A stretch of 64,000 bases of DNA from Candidatus Latescibacterota bacterium (GCA_965222605.1 OZ244960.1:4992001-5056000), one strand, 5' to 3'; counted from the stretch's first letter, positions 18,712 to 29,141 are shown. Notes: generated by a model not told the origin, from the letters alone. Translations and numbers: made by a program.

Positions 18712-19896
18712 ATGCAAGCCGAGATAGTGATGATTGGGACGGAATTGTTGTTGGGCGAAATTGTAGATACCAATGCCACGATGTTTGCCAAAGCACTGCG
18801 CGATATTGGAATGGATTTGTTGTATAAAACTACTGTAGGAGACAATGAAGATCGGATTGTCGGTGTTTTGGATATCGCGCTGGATCGGTCAGATGTGATT
18901 TTGACATCGGGAGGCATTGGTCCTACGGTAGATGATATGACACGGCAATGTGTGGCGCGTGCAACGGGACGCAGGCTCGTTTACAGTAGGGCATTGGAAA
19001 AGCAGATTGCATCGCGGTTTCGCAATTTCGGCCGTGAGATGGCAGATAATAACAAGCGACAGGCATATATTCCCGAAGGCGCGATGCCACTGGAGAATCC
19101 CATGGGCACAGCGCCCTGTTTTTTGAGTGAAGATGCGCAAGGGCGCGGCTGTGTGATTTCGCTTCCGGGTGTGCCGAGAGAATTGGATTATATGTTGCAC
19201 AAGGTCGTGATCCCGGTTCTGATTGATCGCATGGGGGGGAGTAAAATTACAAAGGTACGCGTGTTGCGAACATGTGCGGTGGGCGAGAGCAATATTGATC
19301 GCACAATTGGGGATCTGATGACCGAGAGCAATCCAACGGTGGGATTGGCGGCGCATGCTGGGCAGACCGATGTGCGCGTGGCGGCGAAAGCGGATACAGA
19401 GGAAGATGCCGATGCTTTGATCGCGCCTATGGAAGCAGAGCTCAGGAAACGGTTGGGCGTTGCGATTTACGGCACGGGGAAAGAGACCGTGGCCGAGGTC
19501 TTGGGTAATTTGTTGCGAGGAAAAGGGCTGACAATAGGGGTGGTAGATACGCTGACAGACGGCCAAATCGTGCGGGAGTTTGAAGAGAATGGTGCGGGGG
19601 ATGTGGTGGTCGCGCAAAGGGATGCGAATATGGATGGACAGGATGATCCTCGTGCTTTGACTGAAGCGATGGCCCAGGCGGTTGCACCAGAAGGCGGCGT
19701 GGGTCTGGCGATGGTTGGTCCTTATGAAGGTGGCGCGACGTTTATGGCTGTTTATGGATCTGATCCGCAAGCGCGAACTTGTATTGAAAGCCGTCGCTTT
19801 CAGGATTCGGATCACATCCGCCGATGGTTGGTAATTCAAGGTTTGGATCTGGTGCGCCGGGCGGTGTTGGGCAAGTTGGCTTCGCCAGCAGATTGA
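18712..19896 (+). CDS. cinA: CinA-like protein (COG1058 domain with degenerate PncC domain)
   Basis: IGTELLLGEIVDTN, VGDN, GGIGPTVDDMT, LPGVPREL. GGAGG SD precedes ATG 18712. Confidence 0.85.
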   Translation: MQAEIVMIGTELLLGEIVDTNATMFAKALRDIGMDLLYKTTVGDNEDRIVGVLDIALDRSDVILTSGGIGPTVDDMTRQCVARATGRRLVYSRALEKQIASRFRNFGREMADNNKRQAYIPEGAMPLENPMGTAPCFLSEDAQGRGCVISLPGVPRELDYMLHKVVIPVLIDRMGGSKITKVRVLRTCAVGESNIDRTIGDLMTESNPTVGLAAHAGQTDVRVAAKADTEEDADALIAPMEAELRKRLGVAIYGTGKETVAEVLGNLLRGKGLTIGVVDTLTDGQIVREFEENGAGDVVVAQRDANMDGQDDPRALTEAMAQAVAPEGGVGLAMVGPYEGGATFMAVYGSDPQARTCIESRRFQDSDHIRRWLVIQGLDLVRRAVLGKLASPAD

Positions 19897-19920
19897 GTTT
19901 GAACAAATGGGAGGGCAGTA

Positions 19921-20964
19921 GTGCAAAACGATGAGTCTTTGTCTTATTCAAAGAGTGGCGTCAATATTGATGAAACAGATGCTGTTAAAAGAGATATGGC
20001 TTCAAATATCGGGCGCGGGGATTCGAGAGTGCTCAATAAATTGGGGGCTTTTGGCAGCCTGGTTGATGGCCGTTTTGATGGTTATGATCACCCCATTCTC
20101 GTGCTAAAAACCGAGGAGCCTGGTTCAAAGCAAAAGTTGGCGTTTGAATACGGAAGCGTGAAGTCTATTGCTTATGATCTGGTCAATCATTTGATCAACG
20201 ATATTATTGTTATGGGCGCTGATCCTTTTTATGTGCAAGATTGTATCGTCTGTGGCAAACTCGATCCCCCTGTTGTCAAAGCACTTGTTGGCGGGATTGC
20301 CGATGCTTGCGAGGCTCAGGGATGTACATTGACAGGTGGGGAAACATCTGTTCAGCCAGGGGTTGTCGAAGATGGAGTGTATATTCTAAGTGCTTCGGCT
20401 ATCGGGGTTGTGGATAAGGATAATATTATTGATGGTTCTGCGATTGAGGAGGGGGACGCAGTTCTCGCGCTTGCATCCAATGGACTTCATACCAATGGCT
20501 ATACGCTTGTCAGGGCCTTGTTGAAGAATAAGCCTGAATTGAAAGACCGGGAGCTTCAGGGTGTGTCCTTTCTCGATATGATTTTGCGACCACATCAGTG
20601 TTATTATCAACCCCTGAAGGGTTTGTTTAAGGACAAAGGGTTGAAGGGTGTGGCACATATTACTGGTGGTGGTATTCAGGATAATTTATCCCGCATTCTT
20701 CCCGAGACCTGTCGGGCTGTAATTGATCTCGCACTACTCCAGGTCCTCCCCATTTTCAAAACGATTCGCGCAGAAGGTTTGGTTCCAGAAGATGATATGC
20801 TGAGAACATTTAATATGGGTGTGGGTATGACCCTTGTCTGTGCTCAAAATTCTGTGGCGAGGATTAACGCACACTTGCAAAGCGCGGGATGCCATGTGTA
20901 TCCGATCGGGCGCATTGTCAAGGGCGAGAAAGGCGTTGTGTTCACGGGAAAAGTTCAATGGTGA
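19921..20964 (+). CDS. purM: Phosphoribosylformylglycinamidine cyclo-ligase
   Basis: YSKSGVNID, GGET, SNGLHTNGY, HITGGG, RTFNMGVG. Confidence 0.95.
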   Translation: MQNDESLSYSKSGVNIDETDAVKRDMASNIGRGDSRVLNKLGAFGSLVDGRFDGYDHPILVLKTEEPGSKQKLAFEYGSVKSIAYDLVNHLINDIIVMGADPFYVQDCIVCGKLDPPVVKALVGGIADACEAQGCTLTGGETSVQPGVVEDGVYILSASAIGVVDKDNIIDGSAIEEGDAVLALASNGLHTNGYTLVRALLKNKPELKDRELQGVSFLDMILRPHQCYYQPLKGLFKDKGLKGVAHITGGGIQDNLSRILPETCRAVIDLALLQVLPIFKTIRAEGLVPEDDMLRTFNMGVGMTLVCAQNSVARINAHLQSAGCHVYPIGRIVKGEKGVVFTGKVQW

Positions 20965-20975
20965 AAGGATGGGAT

Positions 20976-22355
20976 ATGGGACTTACGACTTCAGAACAAG
21001 CGGTTCCTTTTGCGTGGGATGGGCGATTGAAGATGCTTTACGACAATCGCATGCATCCCCAGGCATTTTTGTATGAGGGCAAAGTCTATATTGTCTGGCG
21101 CGGCGATAAAGGGATGCCCTATATCCGGTTTTACGATCTGAAAACGCGCACGTTTTCGGACCCTGTGATGGTTCTGAGCGGTCTGGAAGATAAGGTTGAG
21201 TTAAACCGCTATTACCGCGACCACCACTTTGCGCCCGTCATCTGGATGGATACAAAATGCCACTTCCACGTTCTGTCGGGTTGTCACGGCAACAAACCCC
21301 ACAATCGTACAGGTGGACATCGCGTCATATCCAAATCTCCAGGCGATATTACAGCATGGGAATGGGTAGAAGATAAAATCAACTTCACCGTCAATTATCC
21401 TCAAGTTTATCGCATTTACAATGATCAGACCCTGATTTATCTCCGCAATGGCGGGCATCTCAGCGAATGGACGTATCGCATTTCTGCGGATGATGGCGCA
21501 ACATGGGCAAGTCCCTGCTGTGCGGTCGTCGATCTCGATGCGGAACCGCAAGATGGGTATATCCCGGATCACGCGGGATCGTATCACGCTATTCGTGTTA
21601 GCAAAGATGGCAAAACCCTGCATATCGGATTTATCTGGGCGCAGCAAGACTACGAGCCTCCTGAAAAACCGCCCGTCAATCCCCGCTATGGAGAATTAGA
21701 CCGATTTCACCGGTACAATCTCTATTATGCCAAAGTCGATTTGCCCACGGGTATTGTTACCAATTTCGCGGGCAAAAAACTCTCTACGCCGATACGCAAA
21801 TCTATCGCCGATGCCGATTGCCTGGTGTGGGATACTCAAGGGCGCATCTCACCAATGGGGCCTTCTATTTATCTGGATGAAAATGACACGCCGTATTTTT
21901 TGTTGGCCGTTTCCGATGAAACCCCGTATCAATCGACATTTTACTTTTTTAAAAATGTCAATGGCGCGTGGCGCAAAACGCCTATTACAAAGACCCCACA
22001 TCCGTTTAATAATGGCCATCTCGAACGCAATTCCGACGGCAGCTTTAGTGCCTATATGATCGCGGGCGCAGGCGAAAGTATTTCCCATGTTTCAAAGCAG
22101 GACATGGGCCGCTACGGCTGGGGCGACCGCGTCGAATGGTGGACATCAGATGCAGAGGGTGAAAACTGGAGGCTGACACGAGATTTGACACCGGCACCTG
22201 GCAAAAAATGGCAAAATGTCAAGTTTGTATCCGACGGCAAAGGAGAAACCATTCCCAATTTGCTCTTGTTCTACGGCTGGGAAGAGATCGAAGGACCGGG
22301 TACGGCTTATTTGTGGGATAATCGAGAGCGGAAAAAAATAATTGAAAGTGACTGA
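20976..22355 (+). CDS. BNR-4 repeat beta-propeller protein
   Basis: DHHFAP..GCHG, YP, S-x-D-x-G-x-T-W Asp-box, RYNLYY. No signal peptide seen. Confidence 0.65.
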   Translation: MGLTTSEQAVPFAWDGRLKMLYDNRMHPQAFLYEGKVYIVWRGDKGMPYIRFYDLKTRTFSDPVMVLSGLEDKVELNRYYRDHHFAPVIWMDTKCHFHVLSGCHGNKPHNRTGGHRVISKSPGDITAWEWVEDKINFTVNYPQVYRIYNDQTLIYLRNGGHLSEWTYRISADDGATWASPCCAVVDLDAEPQDGYIPDHAGSYHAIRVSKDGKTLHIGFIWAQQDYEPPEKPPVNPRYGELDRFHRYNLYYAKVDLPTGIVTNFAGKKLSTPIRKSIADADCLVWDTQGRISPMGPSIYLDENDTPYFLLAVSDETPYQSTFYFFKNVNGAWRKTPITKTPHPFNNGHLERNSDGSFSAYMIAGAGESISHVSKQDMGRYGWGDRVEWWTSDAEGENWRLTRDLTPAPGKKWQNVKFVSDGKGETIPNLLLFYGWEEIEGPGTAYLWDNRERKKIIESD

Positions 22356-22488
22356 AAATGGGAGAATATACTTTGATTTTATGCATAGATTAAAAAAAGC
22401 ACTGATATAGCCGCTTCCTTACACGTCACCCGTGTCATAATCATACTGGCTCCCCTTAAAACAATCCAAGCCCCAGAGAAAAACCGCC

Positions 22489-23739
22489 ATGAAAATCGCA
22501 AACGCAACCCGTCGTAGCCTCAACATTCCCTTTTACTGCAAACGGGTCGAACGCGCCATGCACCGCGCTCAGACTCACGACGAACGGATCTATCTCTACC
22601 GCATTGAAACCGACGAGGGCATCGTGGGCTACGGGGATAGCCTGGCTGTTAGCGATGTACATACACTGATCGGTCAGAATCCCTTTCAGATCATGCACAA
22701 CGACGCCATCGGCTTTGGCCCACAGCTCGCTGTTCTGGACGCTGTTGGAAAGGCCGCTGATGTGCCCGTCCATGCCCTGCTCGGCACCAAATTGCGCGAC
22801 CGATGCCCCATCTCCTGGTGGGATATTGACATGTCACCTGCCGACTGGGTCGCAGAGGCCAGAGAATCTCTCAAACGCGGGTACACTTCCTTCAAAATGA
22901 AAGCCCGCCCCTGGCGAGACATCCTCCAGCAGGTCGAAGCAGTCGGCAAAGTCGTACCAGCAGATTACAAATTCGACATAGATTTCAACGGCTTTCTGCT
23001 CAACCAGGCAAAAGCGGAAATTATCCTCCAGCAGCTCGACAATCACCCCAATGTCGGCATCTACGAAAGTCCCTTCTACCTTTATGGCGATCTCACCGGC
23101 GCGCGAATTCTTCGCGAACGCGTATGCAAACCCGTCGTCGAACACTTCCGAGAAGACTATTTGCACGCCCACGCCTGCGACGGCTTTGTCATTGGCGGCG
23201 GCGTCTCAGAAGTCCGCCGGCAGGCCGCACTCGCCGCTGCTTTCAACAAACCCTTCTGGTTACAACTGGTCGGCACTGGAATTACCACTGCCTTCGCCTT
23301 ACACCTCGGCTCTGTCCTCTCCCACGCCCAGTTGCCCTACATTACTTGCCACGAACTCTGGAAACACGACTTGCTCAAAAAACGCCTCGACGTGATCGAC
23401 GGTCACATCCAGGTCTCCGATGCTCCTGGCCTGGGCATTGAAGTCGATGAAAAAGCCATCGAAAAATACACGGTCGATCCCGACACGCCCACACCTAAAA
23501 GGCTCTACCGCCGCAAAAAACGCATCCTGCGTATCTCGTGGCCCGGTGCGGCCAAACAGAAACGCATCTGGGAATTTACCGATGAAGCCATCTACCAGAA
23601 GACCTTCTACGCAGGCAGCATCCCCGGATTTGAACGCGGTGTTACCCTGGAAGTCATCGAAGACGACTACAGTGCGACTTTTAAAAAAGCCCATGCCACG
23701 CTGGCAAAACGCGAGGCAGCCATACCCGCCCTGACGTGA
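22489..23739 (+). CDS. Mandelate racemase/muconate lactonizing enzyme family protein
   Basis: ETDEGIVGYG, KMK, D-x-N, ESP, PGLGIEVDE. Confidence 0.85.
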   Translation: MKIANATRRSLNIPFYCKRVERAMHRAQTHDERIYLYRIETDEGIVGYGDSLAVSDVHTLIGQNPFQIMHNDAIGFGPQLAVLDAVGKAADVPVHALLGTKLRDRCPISWWDIDMSPADWVAEARESLKRGYTSFKMKARPWRDILQQVEAVGKVVPADYKFDIDFNGFLLNQAKAEIILQQLDNHPNVGIYESPFYLYGDLTGARILRERVCKPVVEHFREDYLHAHACDGFVIGGGVSEVRRQAALAAAFNKPFWLQLVGTGITTAFALHLGSVLSHAQLPYITCHELWKHDLLKKRLDVIDGHIQVSDAPGLGIEVDEKAIEKYTVDPDTPTPKRLYRRKKRILRISWPGAAKQKRIWEFTDEAIYQKTFYAGSIPGFERGVTLEVIEDDYSATFKKAHATLAKREAAIPALT

Positions 23740-23762
23740 ATTAAAGTTAGGAGAACCCATTG

Positions 23763-24683
23763 ATGGCATCCGTAACCTTTAAAGGCGTCTTTCCCATCCT
23801 CGTTACCCCATTCGATGACCATGGCAACCTCGATCTGGAATCCTTTGATCGAACGGTACGCTTTATGGCCGACATCGGTGTAAACGGCGTTACTATCATT
23901 GGTGTACTCGGTGAATCCAACCGAATGCTGGATGCCGAACGGGAACAGCTTATTAAAACCGCTGTGGGCGCTGCAGGCGGGCGCATCCCCGTTATTGTGG
24001 GCACGAGCTACAGCGGTACACGGGCGACCCTTGAACTCAGCCGGATGGCCGAATCTCTCGGCGCCGCCGGTGTGATGGTCACCCCCTCGTGCGAATCCGT
24101 GACCAACGAAGACCGCATCTTCGAATTTTTCCAGCAGGTGGCCGAAGGCATCTCTATTCCCATCGTCGTACAGGACCACCCCGCCTCCACCCAGGTCCAC
24201 ATGTCCGTCCCCCTCATCCTGCGCCTTGTCCGCGAAATTCCGCTCGTCGCCTGCATCAAAGAAGAGGCCGTGCCCACCCCGCCCAAGATTACCGCCCTCT
24301 TGAACGGCATTGGAGACCGTGCGTTCACCATCCTCACCGGCCTCGGCGCTCTCTACGGCGCCTTTGACCTGGCCCGCGGCGCACACGGTTTTATGACCGG
24401 CTTTGCCTTTCCCGAAGTTCTGCTCGCCCTGGTCCGGGGTGCTCAAAATAAAGATTTTGACACCGTACACGACATCTATCACCGATACCTGCCGCTCATC
24501 GTGTACGAACAGCAGCCGGGGGTGGCCCTCCGCAAAGAGATCTTTCGCCTGCGCGGCCTTATCGCCAGCAGCTACGTGCGCCATCCCGGCGCAAATATCG
24601 ACCCAACCACTGCCGACCACTTGAAATCACTCTTGCGCAAAATGCTGCCCGGCATAGATATTACGAGACCTATCGAGGTGTGA
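23763..24683 (+). CDS. Dihydrodipicolinate synthase family lyase/dehydratase
   Basis: GVFPILVTPF, GVLGE, VQD, Schiff-base lysine in IKEE. Confidence 0.85.
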   Translation: MASVTFKGVFPILVTPFDDHGNLDLESFDRTVRFMADIGVNGVTIIGVLGESNRMLDAEREQLIKTAVGAAGGRIPVIVGTSYSGTRATLELSRMAESLGAAGVMVTPSCESVTNEDRIFEFFQQVAEGISIPIVVQDHPASTQVHMSVPLILRLVREIPLVACIKEEAVPTPPKITALLNGIGDRAFTILTGLGALYGAFDLARGAHGFMTGFAFPEVLLALVRGAQNKDFDTVHDIYHRYLPLIVYEQQPGVALRKEIFRLRGLIASSYVRHPGANIDPTTADHLKSLLRKMLPGIDITRPIEV

Positions 24684-24718
24684 ACGGCAGGATTTAGGCT
24701 TTAGAAGAGGATTCGATC

Positions 24719-25933
24719 ATGAAAATCATCGACATCGACATCATCCCCATCTACCCCAAAATCGCCGACCGGAATGCCGATCAGAAAGCCCGGTTTTTCA
24801 ACATAAACCATCGTACCATTTTTAAAATTACGACTGACAATGGCATTGTCGGCTATGGCGATGCACGTTGCGAGGCCCCTCTCAAATCCACTGTAAAACA
24901 CCTGATCGACCGCGATCCTTTTGACTTTATCAACGCCGATCTCAACAGCGGCCTGATGGGCGCGCTCTACGATGCCATGGGCAAATACCTTGAAATTCCC
25001 GCGTACAAACTCATGGGTCAGAAAATACGCGACCGGGTACCCGTAGCTGCCTGGACCCGCCCGGCCTCCCCGGAAGACCTGGCCAAAGAGGTTCAGCGAG
25101 CCGTGGAAGAAGGGTATATGATCTTTAAAATCCATACCTGCGCCTATTACGATGTGTACGAACAAACCAGAGCCGTTGAGGAGGTTGCTCCGCCCGGTTT
25201 CAAAATGCACTACGACTTCAATCACAACCGGCCGCTTGCCGCTGTCCTTCGCATCTTGCAGGAGTTGGAGAAGTCCCCCGTCGTAGGTATGATCGAAGAT
25301 CCCCTGGTCTTATCCGATGTCGAAGGCTGGCGCCTTCTGAGGGAGAAAACCAGTTTGCCGCTGCTCATGCATGTCCCTCAACTCGGCGGCGGTCAGGAGA
25401 TTATTCGCGGTTGCGCCGATGCATACATGATCGGCGAAGGCGGCATTGGCTCTACCCTCGTGCGTGGATTTGCTGCTGCCTTGGCCAATGTCTCCTCTGT
25501 CATCCAGCTCACAGGCGGTACCCTCACCAAAGCCATGGCTCTGCATCTGGGCGCTGTGATTCCCAACGTGGCTCATTCCACCAACCTGGACGACCAGTAC
25601 GGTGAAGACGTTGTCAAACAGCGCATCGAAGTCGCAGGCGGTTCCTCTCCGGTACCCAAAGGCCCCGGCCTCGGCGTAGAAGTCGACGAAGACGCGCTGG
25701 CCAGATGCGCAGCCAACAAACCCACTGTTATCCCCCCCACCATTGGCATCCTGCACCTACCCGGCGGCCACAAGCTCTATACCAGAGGATTCCCGAACGT
25801 TGCCCGCCTCACTGGTTTCCCCGAAGGCAACATCCGGGGCATTCGCCTGGATGTCTGGGAAGACGACGGTTCCGACAAGTTCAAACAAACCCTGCAACGC
25901 ATCGAACAGCAGGGTCCGTTTATGGAAAAATAG
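24719..25933 (+). CDS. Mandelate racemase/muconate lactonizing enzyme family protein
   Basis: TDNGIVGYG, KIH, DFNH, EDP, GPGLGVEVDE. Confidence 0.85.
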   Translation: MKIIDIDIIPIYPKIADRNADQKARFFNINHRTIFKITTDNGIVGYGDARCEAPLKSTVKHLIDRDPFDFINADLNSGLMGALYDAMGKYLEIPAYKLMGQKIRDRVPVAAWTRPASPEDLAKEVQRAVEEGYMIFKIHTCAYYDVYEQTRAVEEVAPPGFKMHYDFNHNRPLAAVLRILQELEKSPVVGMIEDPLVLSDVEGWRLLREKTSLPLLMHVPQLGGGQEIIRGCADAYMIGEGGIGSTLVRGFAAALANVSSVIQLTGGTLTKAMALHLGAVIPNVAHSTNLDDQYGEDVVKQRIEVAGGSSPVPKGPGLGVEVDEDALARCAANKPTVIPPTIGILHLPGGHKLYTRGFPNVARLTGFPEGNIRGIRLDVWEDDGSDKFKQTLQRIEQQGPFMEK

Positions 25934-25935
25934 TT

Positions 25936-26694
25936 ATGCACACCAGCACCCTCTTAATCTCTCGGGACTTTGAATACTGGCAATCTGGCGAAAACGGCCT
26001 CACTTGCGTCGATTTTGAGACCTTCTGTCCGGACTACCACGAATTGGACCGCACGGGTGTCATCTCTCCCCATCTCGAAGACGGCATACTGCACGCCGGG
26101 TGTGCACTTCTGGCACTGACCACCGCCTTTTACGATATCTGGCGCTCACGCACGGATGATTTTTTTATCTATCCCCAGCACTTTGCCATCCTGGACATCA
26201 CCAGAGAAGGCGTCAACACGGGATGCGGACGCCTGCCACTTGAGAAAAGTACGCTGGGCGGTCCCTGGAGCAACTTAGACGTCTGGCCCAACTCAAAATG
26301 GATTCCCGCCCACGGCAGCGTTTCCGGCATGCTCAAGAAAGCGTTTGACCTCCAGATCAACCGCCTATTCTGGCCCGAGACCTTCCGCCCAAACCGCGGA
26401 GAAAAATCTCTACCTGCTTATGCGGTCAAAATGTTCCGTACCCACCTGAAAGCTGTCTATTATTACAACACCTCCGAACCCAATATCGAAATCCATACCG
26501 CACAAAACGTGCAAGACCTCCTTCAGACGAGCCTCAACAGACTGTCCGACATAGATGGCCTATCAATACAACACTTTCTTCAGCGACATGTTCTCGAAAA
26601 CCCACAGACCGATCATCGTTACGTCGAACAGTATCGCAAAGTAGCCCTGGATCATTTTCTCAACGACATGGCGGATTGCTTTGCAAATGCCTGA
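25936..26694 (+). CDS. Hypothetical protein
   Basis: ATG lies 2 bp after the previous stop and codon style matches its neighbours. No family recognised. Confidence 0.7.
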   Translation: MHTSTLLISRDFEYWQSGENGLTCVDFETFCPDYHELDRTGVISPHLEDGILHAGCALLALTTAFYDIWRSRTDDFFIYPQHFAILDITREGVNTGCGRLPLEKSTLGGPWSNLDVWPNSKWIPAHGSVSGMLKKAFDLQINRLFWPETFRPNRGEKSLPAYAVKMFRTHLKAVYYYNTSEPNIEIHTAQNVQDLLQTSLNRLSDIDGLSIQHFLQRHVLENPQTDHRYVEQYRKVALDHFLNDMADCFANA

Positions 26695-26730
26695 TCAAGC
26701 CTCTCATAATTTTCTCTTGCGGGGAATCCT

Positions 26731-28080
26731 TTGGCCAACGGTCAACTCTTACACCTGCTAACCGCCCGCGCCGAGTCTAAAAATCCCCTTCGCGTGGGCC
26801 TCATCGGCGCTGGAAAATTCGGCACCATGTTTCTGGCCCAGGCCCGTCGCGTTGCGGGTCTGCACGTCCTGGGTGTGGCCGATCTATCCCTGCACCGGGC
26901 GCGTGAAGCCCTCACGCGTGCTGAGTGGCCGCCCGAACAATTTGCCGCAACCCACTTCGATCACGCCCTCAAAACCGGCGCCACCCATCTCACCGATGAC
27001 GGCGATGCCCTCATCCGGGCGGACGGACTGGATGTTCTGATCGAAGCCACTGGCAATCCTCTCGCAGGCATCCACTACGCCCTTCAAGCCATCGAACACG
27101 GGCGCCACCTGGTCATGGTCAATGTCGAAGCAGACGTCCTGGCCGGTCCCATTCTGGCCCAACGTGCAGCATCCGCCGGCCTCGTGTACACTCTCGCCTA
27201 TGGCGACCAACCGGCTCTGATCTGTGAACTGGTTGAATGGGCCCAGACCAACGGCTTCGACATTGTCTGCGCCGGCAAGGGCACCAAATACCGGCCCGCG
27301 TACCACACATCCACCCCTGATACTGTCTGGGAGCACTACGGTTTCGATGCTGAAACCGCTGCAAAAGGCGGTCTGAACCCCCGTATGTTCAACTCCTTTT
27401 TGGACGGTACAAAATCTGCCATTGAAATGGCCGCTGTCTCAAATGCCACCGGCCTGAATCCCCAGCCCGAAGGCCTGAAATTCCCGCCCTGCGGCATCGA
27501 CCAGCTGTCCGATATTTGCCGGCCTCATAGCGACGGGGGTCAACTTTCCCACAAAGGAACCGTCGAAGTCGTCTCCAGCCTGCAACCAGACGGAACCCCT
27601 GTAGACCGGGATCTGCGCTGGGGTGTTTACGTCACCATCGAAGCCCCCGGCGACTACATCCGCCGCTGCTTCTCCGAATACGGCCTTCCCACTGATTCCA
27701 CTGGACGTTACACGGCCATCTATCGCCCCTACCACCTGGTTGGCATGGAACTCACCACCAGCGTCTTGCGCGCTGGCTTGCGCGGCGAAGCCAGCGGCGC
27801 GCCCGTTGTTTTTAATGCAGACGTTGTCGCCACTGCAAAACGCGATCTCTCCCAAGGAGAAGTCCTGGATGGCGAAGGCGGCTACCGCGTGTACGGCAAA
27901 CTCAGGCCGGCTGATCAGGCTCTTATATCCAACACCCTGCCCATCGGCCTGGCTCACAATCTCAAGCTAAAACACAAAATCGCCGCGGGGCAACCCATAC
28001 ACCAATCCGACGTCGAATTTGACGAAAACAACGCCATTCTTCGCCTCCGCCGGGAAATGGTACAACGCTTTGTGGCGTGA
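26731..28080 (+). CDS. NAD(P)-dependent oxidoreductase with C-terminal SAF domain (COG4091-like)
   Basis: GAGKFG, NVEADV, YGDQP, DGTKSAIEM, RPYHL, AKRDL..G..LDGEGG. Confidence 0.85.
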   Translation: MANGQLLHLLTARAESKNPLRVGLIGAGKFGTMFLAQARRVAGLHVLGVADLSLHRAREALTRAEWPPEQFAATHFDHALKTGATHLTDDGDALIRADGLDVLIEATGNPLAGIHYALQAIEHGRHLVMVNVEADVLAGPILAQRAASAGLVYTLAYGDQPALICELVEWAQTNGFDIVCAGKGTKYRPAYHTSTPDTVWEHYGFDAETAAKGGLNPRMFNSFLDGTKSAIEMAAVSNATGLNPQPEGLKFPPCGIDQLSDICRPHSDGGQLSHKGTVEVVSSLQPDGTPVDRDLRWGVYVTIEAPGDYIRRCFSEYGLPTDSTGRYTAIYRPYHLVGMELTTSVLRAGLRGEASGAPVVFNADVVATAKRDLSQGEVLDGEGGYRVYGKLRPADQALISNTLPIGLAHNLKLKHKIAAGQPIHQSDVEFDENNAILRLRREMVQRFVA

Positions 28081-28113
28081 ATAGATCCGATCAGGTGACA
28101 CAGCAACGACGAC

Positions 28114-28149
28114 AAATCCCCGACAGCTTTAACACTGTCGGGGATTTTT
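28114..28149 (+). terminator. Intrinsic terminator, probably bidirectional
   Basis: AAATCCCCGACAG-N8-CTGTCGGGGATTTTT between convergent genes. Confidence 0.85.
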
Positions 28150-28241
28150 GTGTGTGGATGCCAATCTATTAAGTGTGGGGATAAACGGTTTGCAGTTCAA
28201 CAGTGGTTTGTAACGCGCTGATATTGCAGGTGCGTTTCTGC

Positions 28242-29141
28242 CTACGGCGCATCTGTGCGGAATAGGGGGCGAAGTTTTGTGAGGATGGCATCGAGTTCGC
28301 GATGGTCGTCTTCATCCATTTTTGTGCTGCCAGGCGCGCGCATGCCGCTTGTTTTGAAGATGCCTCGCCGCACGAGCACTTCTTTGGCAAGGCGCAGACC
28401 GAGGATTTGGATCAGGTTGGTGAGTGGAAGGAGTTGATCGAAAAGATCGCGTGCTCTGTCTTCATCGCCTGCTTGAAAGGCATCCCAGATATCAACGTGA
28501 ATATCGACAACCGGGGCGCCGGGCATAAAGCCGCTGGCGCCTCGTCGCATTTCTGAGATCATCCAGCGGCACCACGCGCCGCCAAAAACGCCCTGACAGT
28601 GATCCCCTGCTTCGGCGACAATGGTGCTGACGTGATGTGCGCTGGGATTGGCTTCTTCTTTGACGTAGATGAGGTGCTCGACTTCGGTGAGCAGGCGAAC
28701 GAGTGCGGGAGGTTGCATGCCAGCACCTGCGTTCTGGATGAAAATGGGCACTTGTCCAGCGCTGGAAATGGCCTCGAAGTAGCGGAGATTTTCATCTGGT
28801 CCACCGCTGCCCATATAGGGGGGCATGGCGATGACAGCATCGGCACCTGCACGCCCGGCATGGGCGGCGTGTTCGGTGGCTGTGGAGATGTTGGTGCCGG
28901 CCACGCCGACGATGACGGGGATGCGTTTATCGGTTTTTTTGACGACGATTTCGACCAGGGTTTGCCGCTCGCGGTCGGAGAGATATTGAAATTCACCCCC
29001 AAGCACGGGAAAGACCAGGCCACCAGCACCGGCGGCGATGCAGAAGTCGATTTGCCGCTCAAGGCTTTCGATATCGAAGTCACCGGATTCGGCGACGGGT
29101 GTTTGTAACACGGGCAAAATACCGCGGATGAGATCGCTCAA
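28242..29141 (-). CDS. Dihydrodipicolinate synthase family lyase/dehydratase
   Basis: GILPVLQTP, GGEF, IQN, VKEE. GGAGG SD precedes the TTG start. Confidence 0.85.
   Translation of the reverse strand: MSDLIRGILPVLQTPVAESGDFDIESLERQIDFCIAAGAGGLVFPVLGGEFQYLSDRERQTLVEIVVKKTDKRIPVIVGVAGTNISTATEHAAHAGRAGADAVIAMPPYMGSGGPDENLRYFEAISSAGQVPIFIQNAGAGMQPPALVRLLTEVEHLIYVKEEANPSAHHVSTIVAEAGDHCQGVFGGAWCRWMISEMRRGASGFMPGAPVVDIHVDIWDAFQAGDEDRARDLFDQLLPLTNLIQILGLRLAKEVLVRRGIFKTSGMRAPGSTKMDEDDHRELDAILTKLRPLFRTDAP

Noticed and set aside
18889-19926. Long antisense or alternate-frame ORFs (also 7994-8869, 23667-24620, 40846-41742, 53341-54234)
   Set aside because: They are shadows of well-supported genes and have no recognisable motifs.
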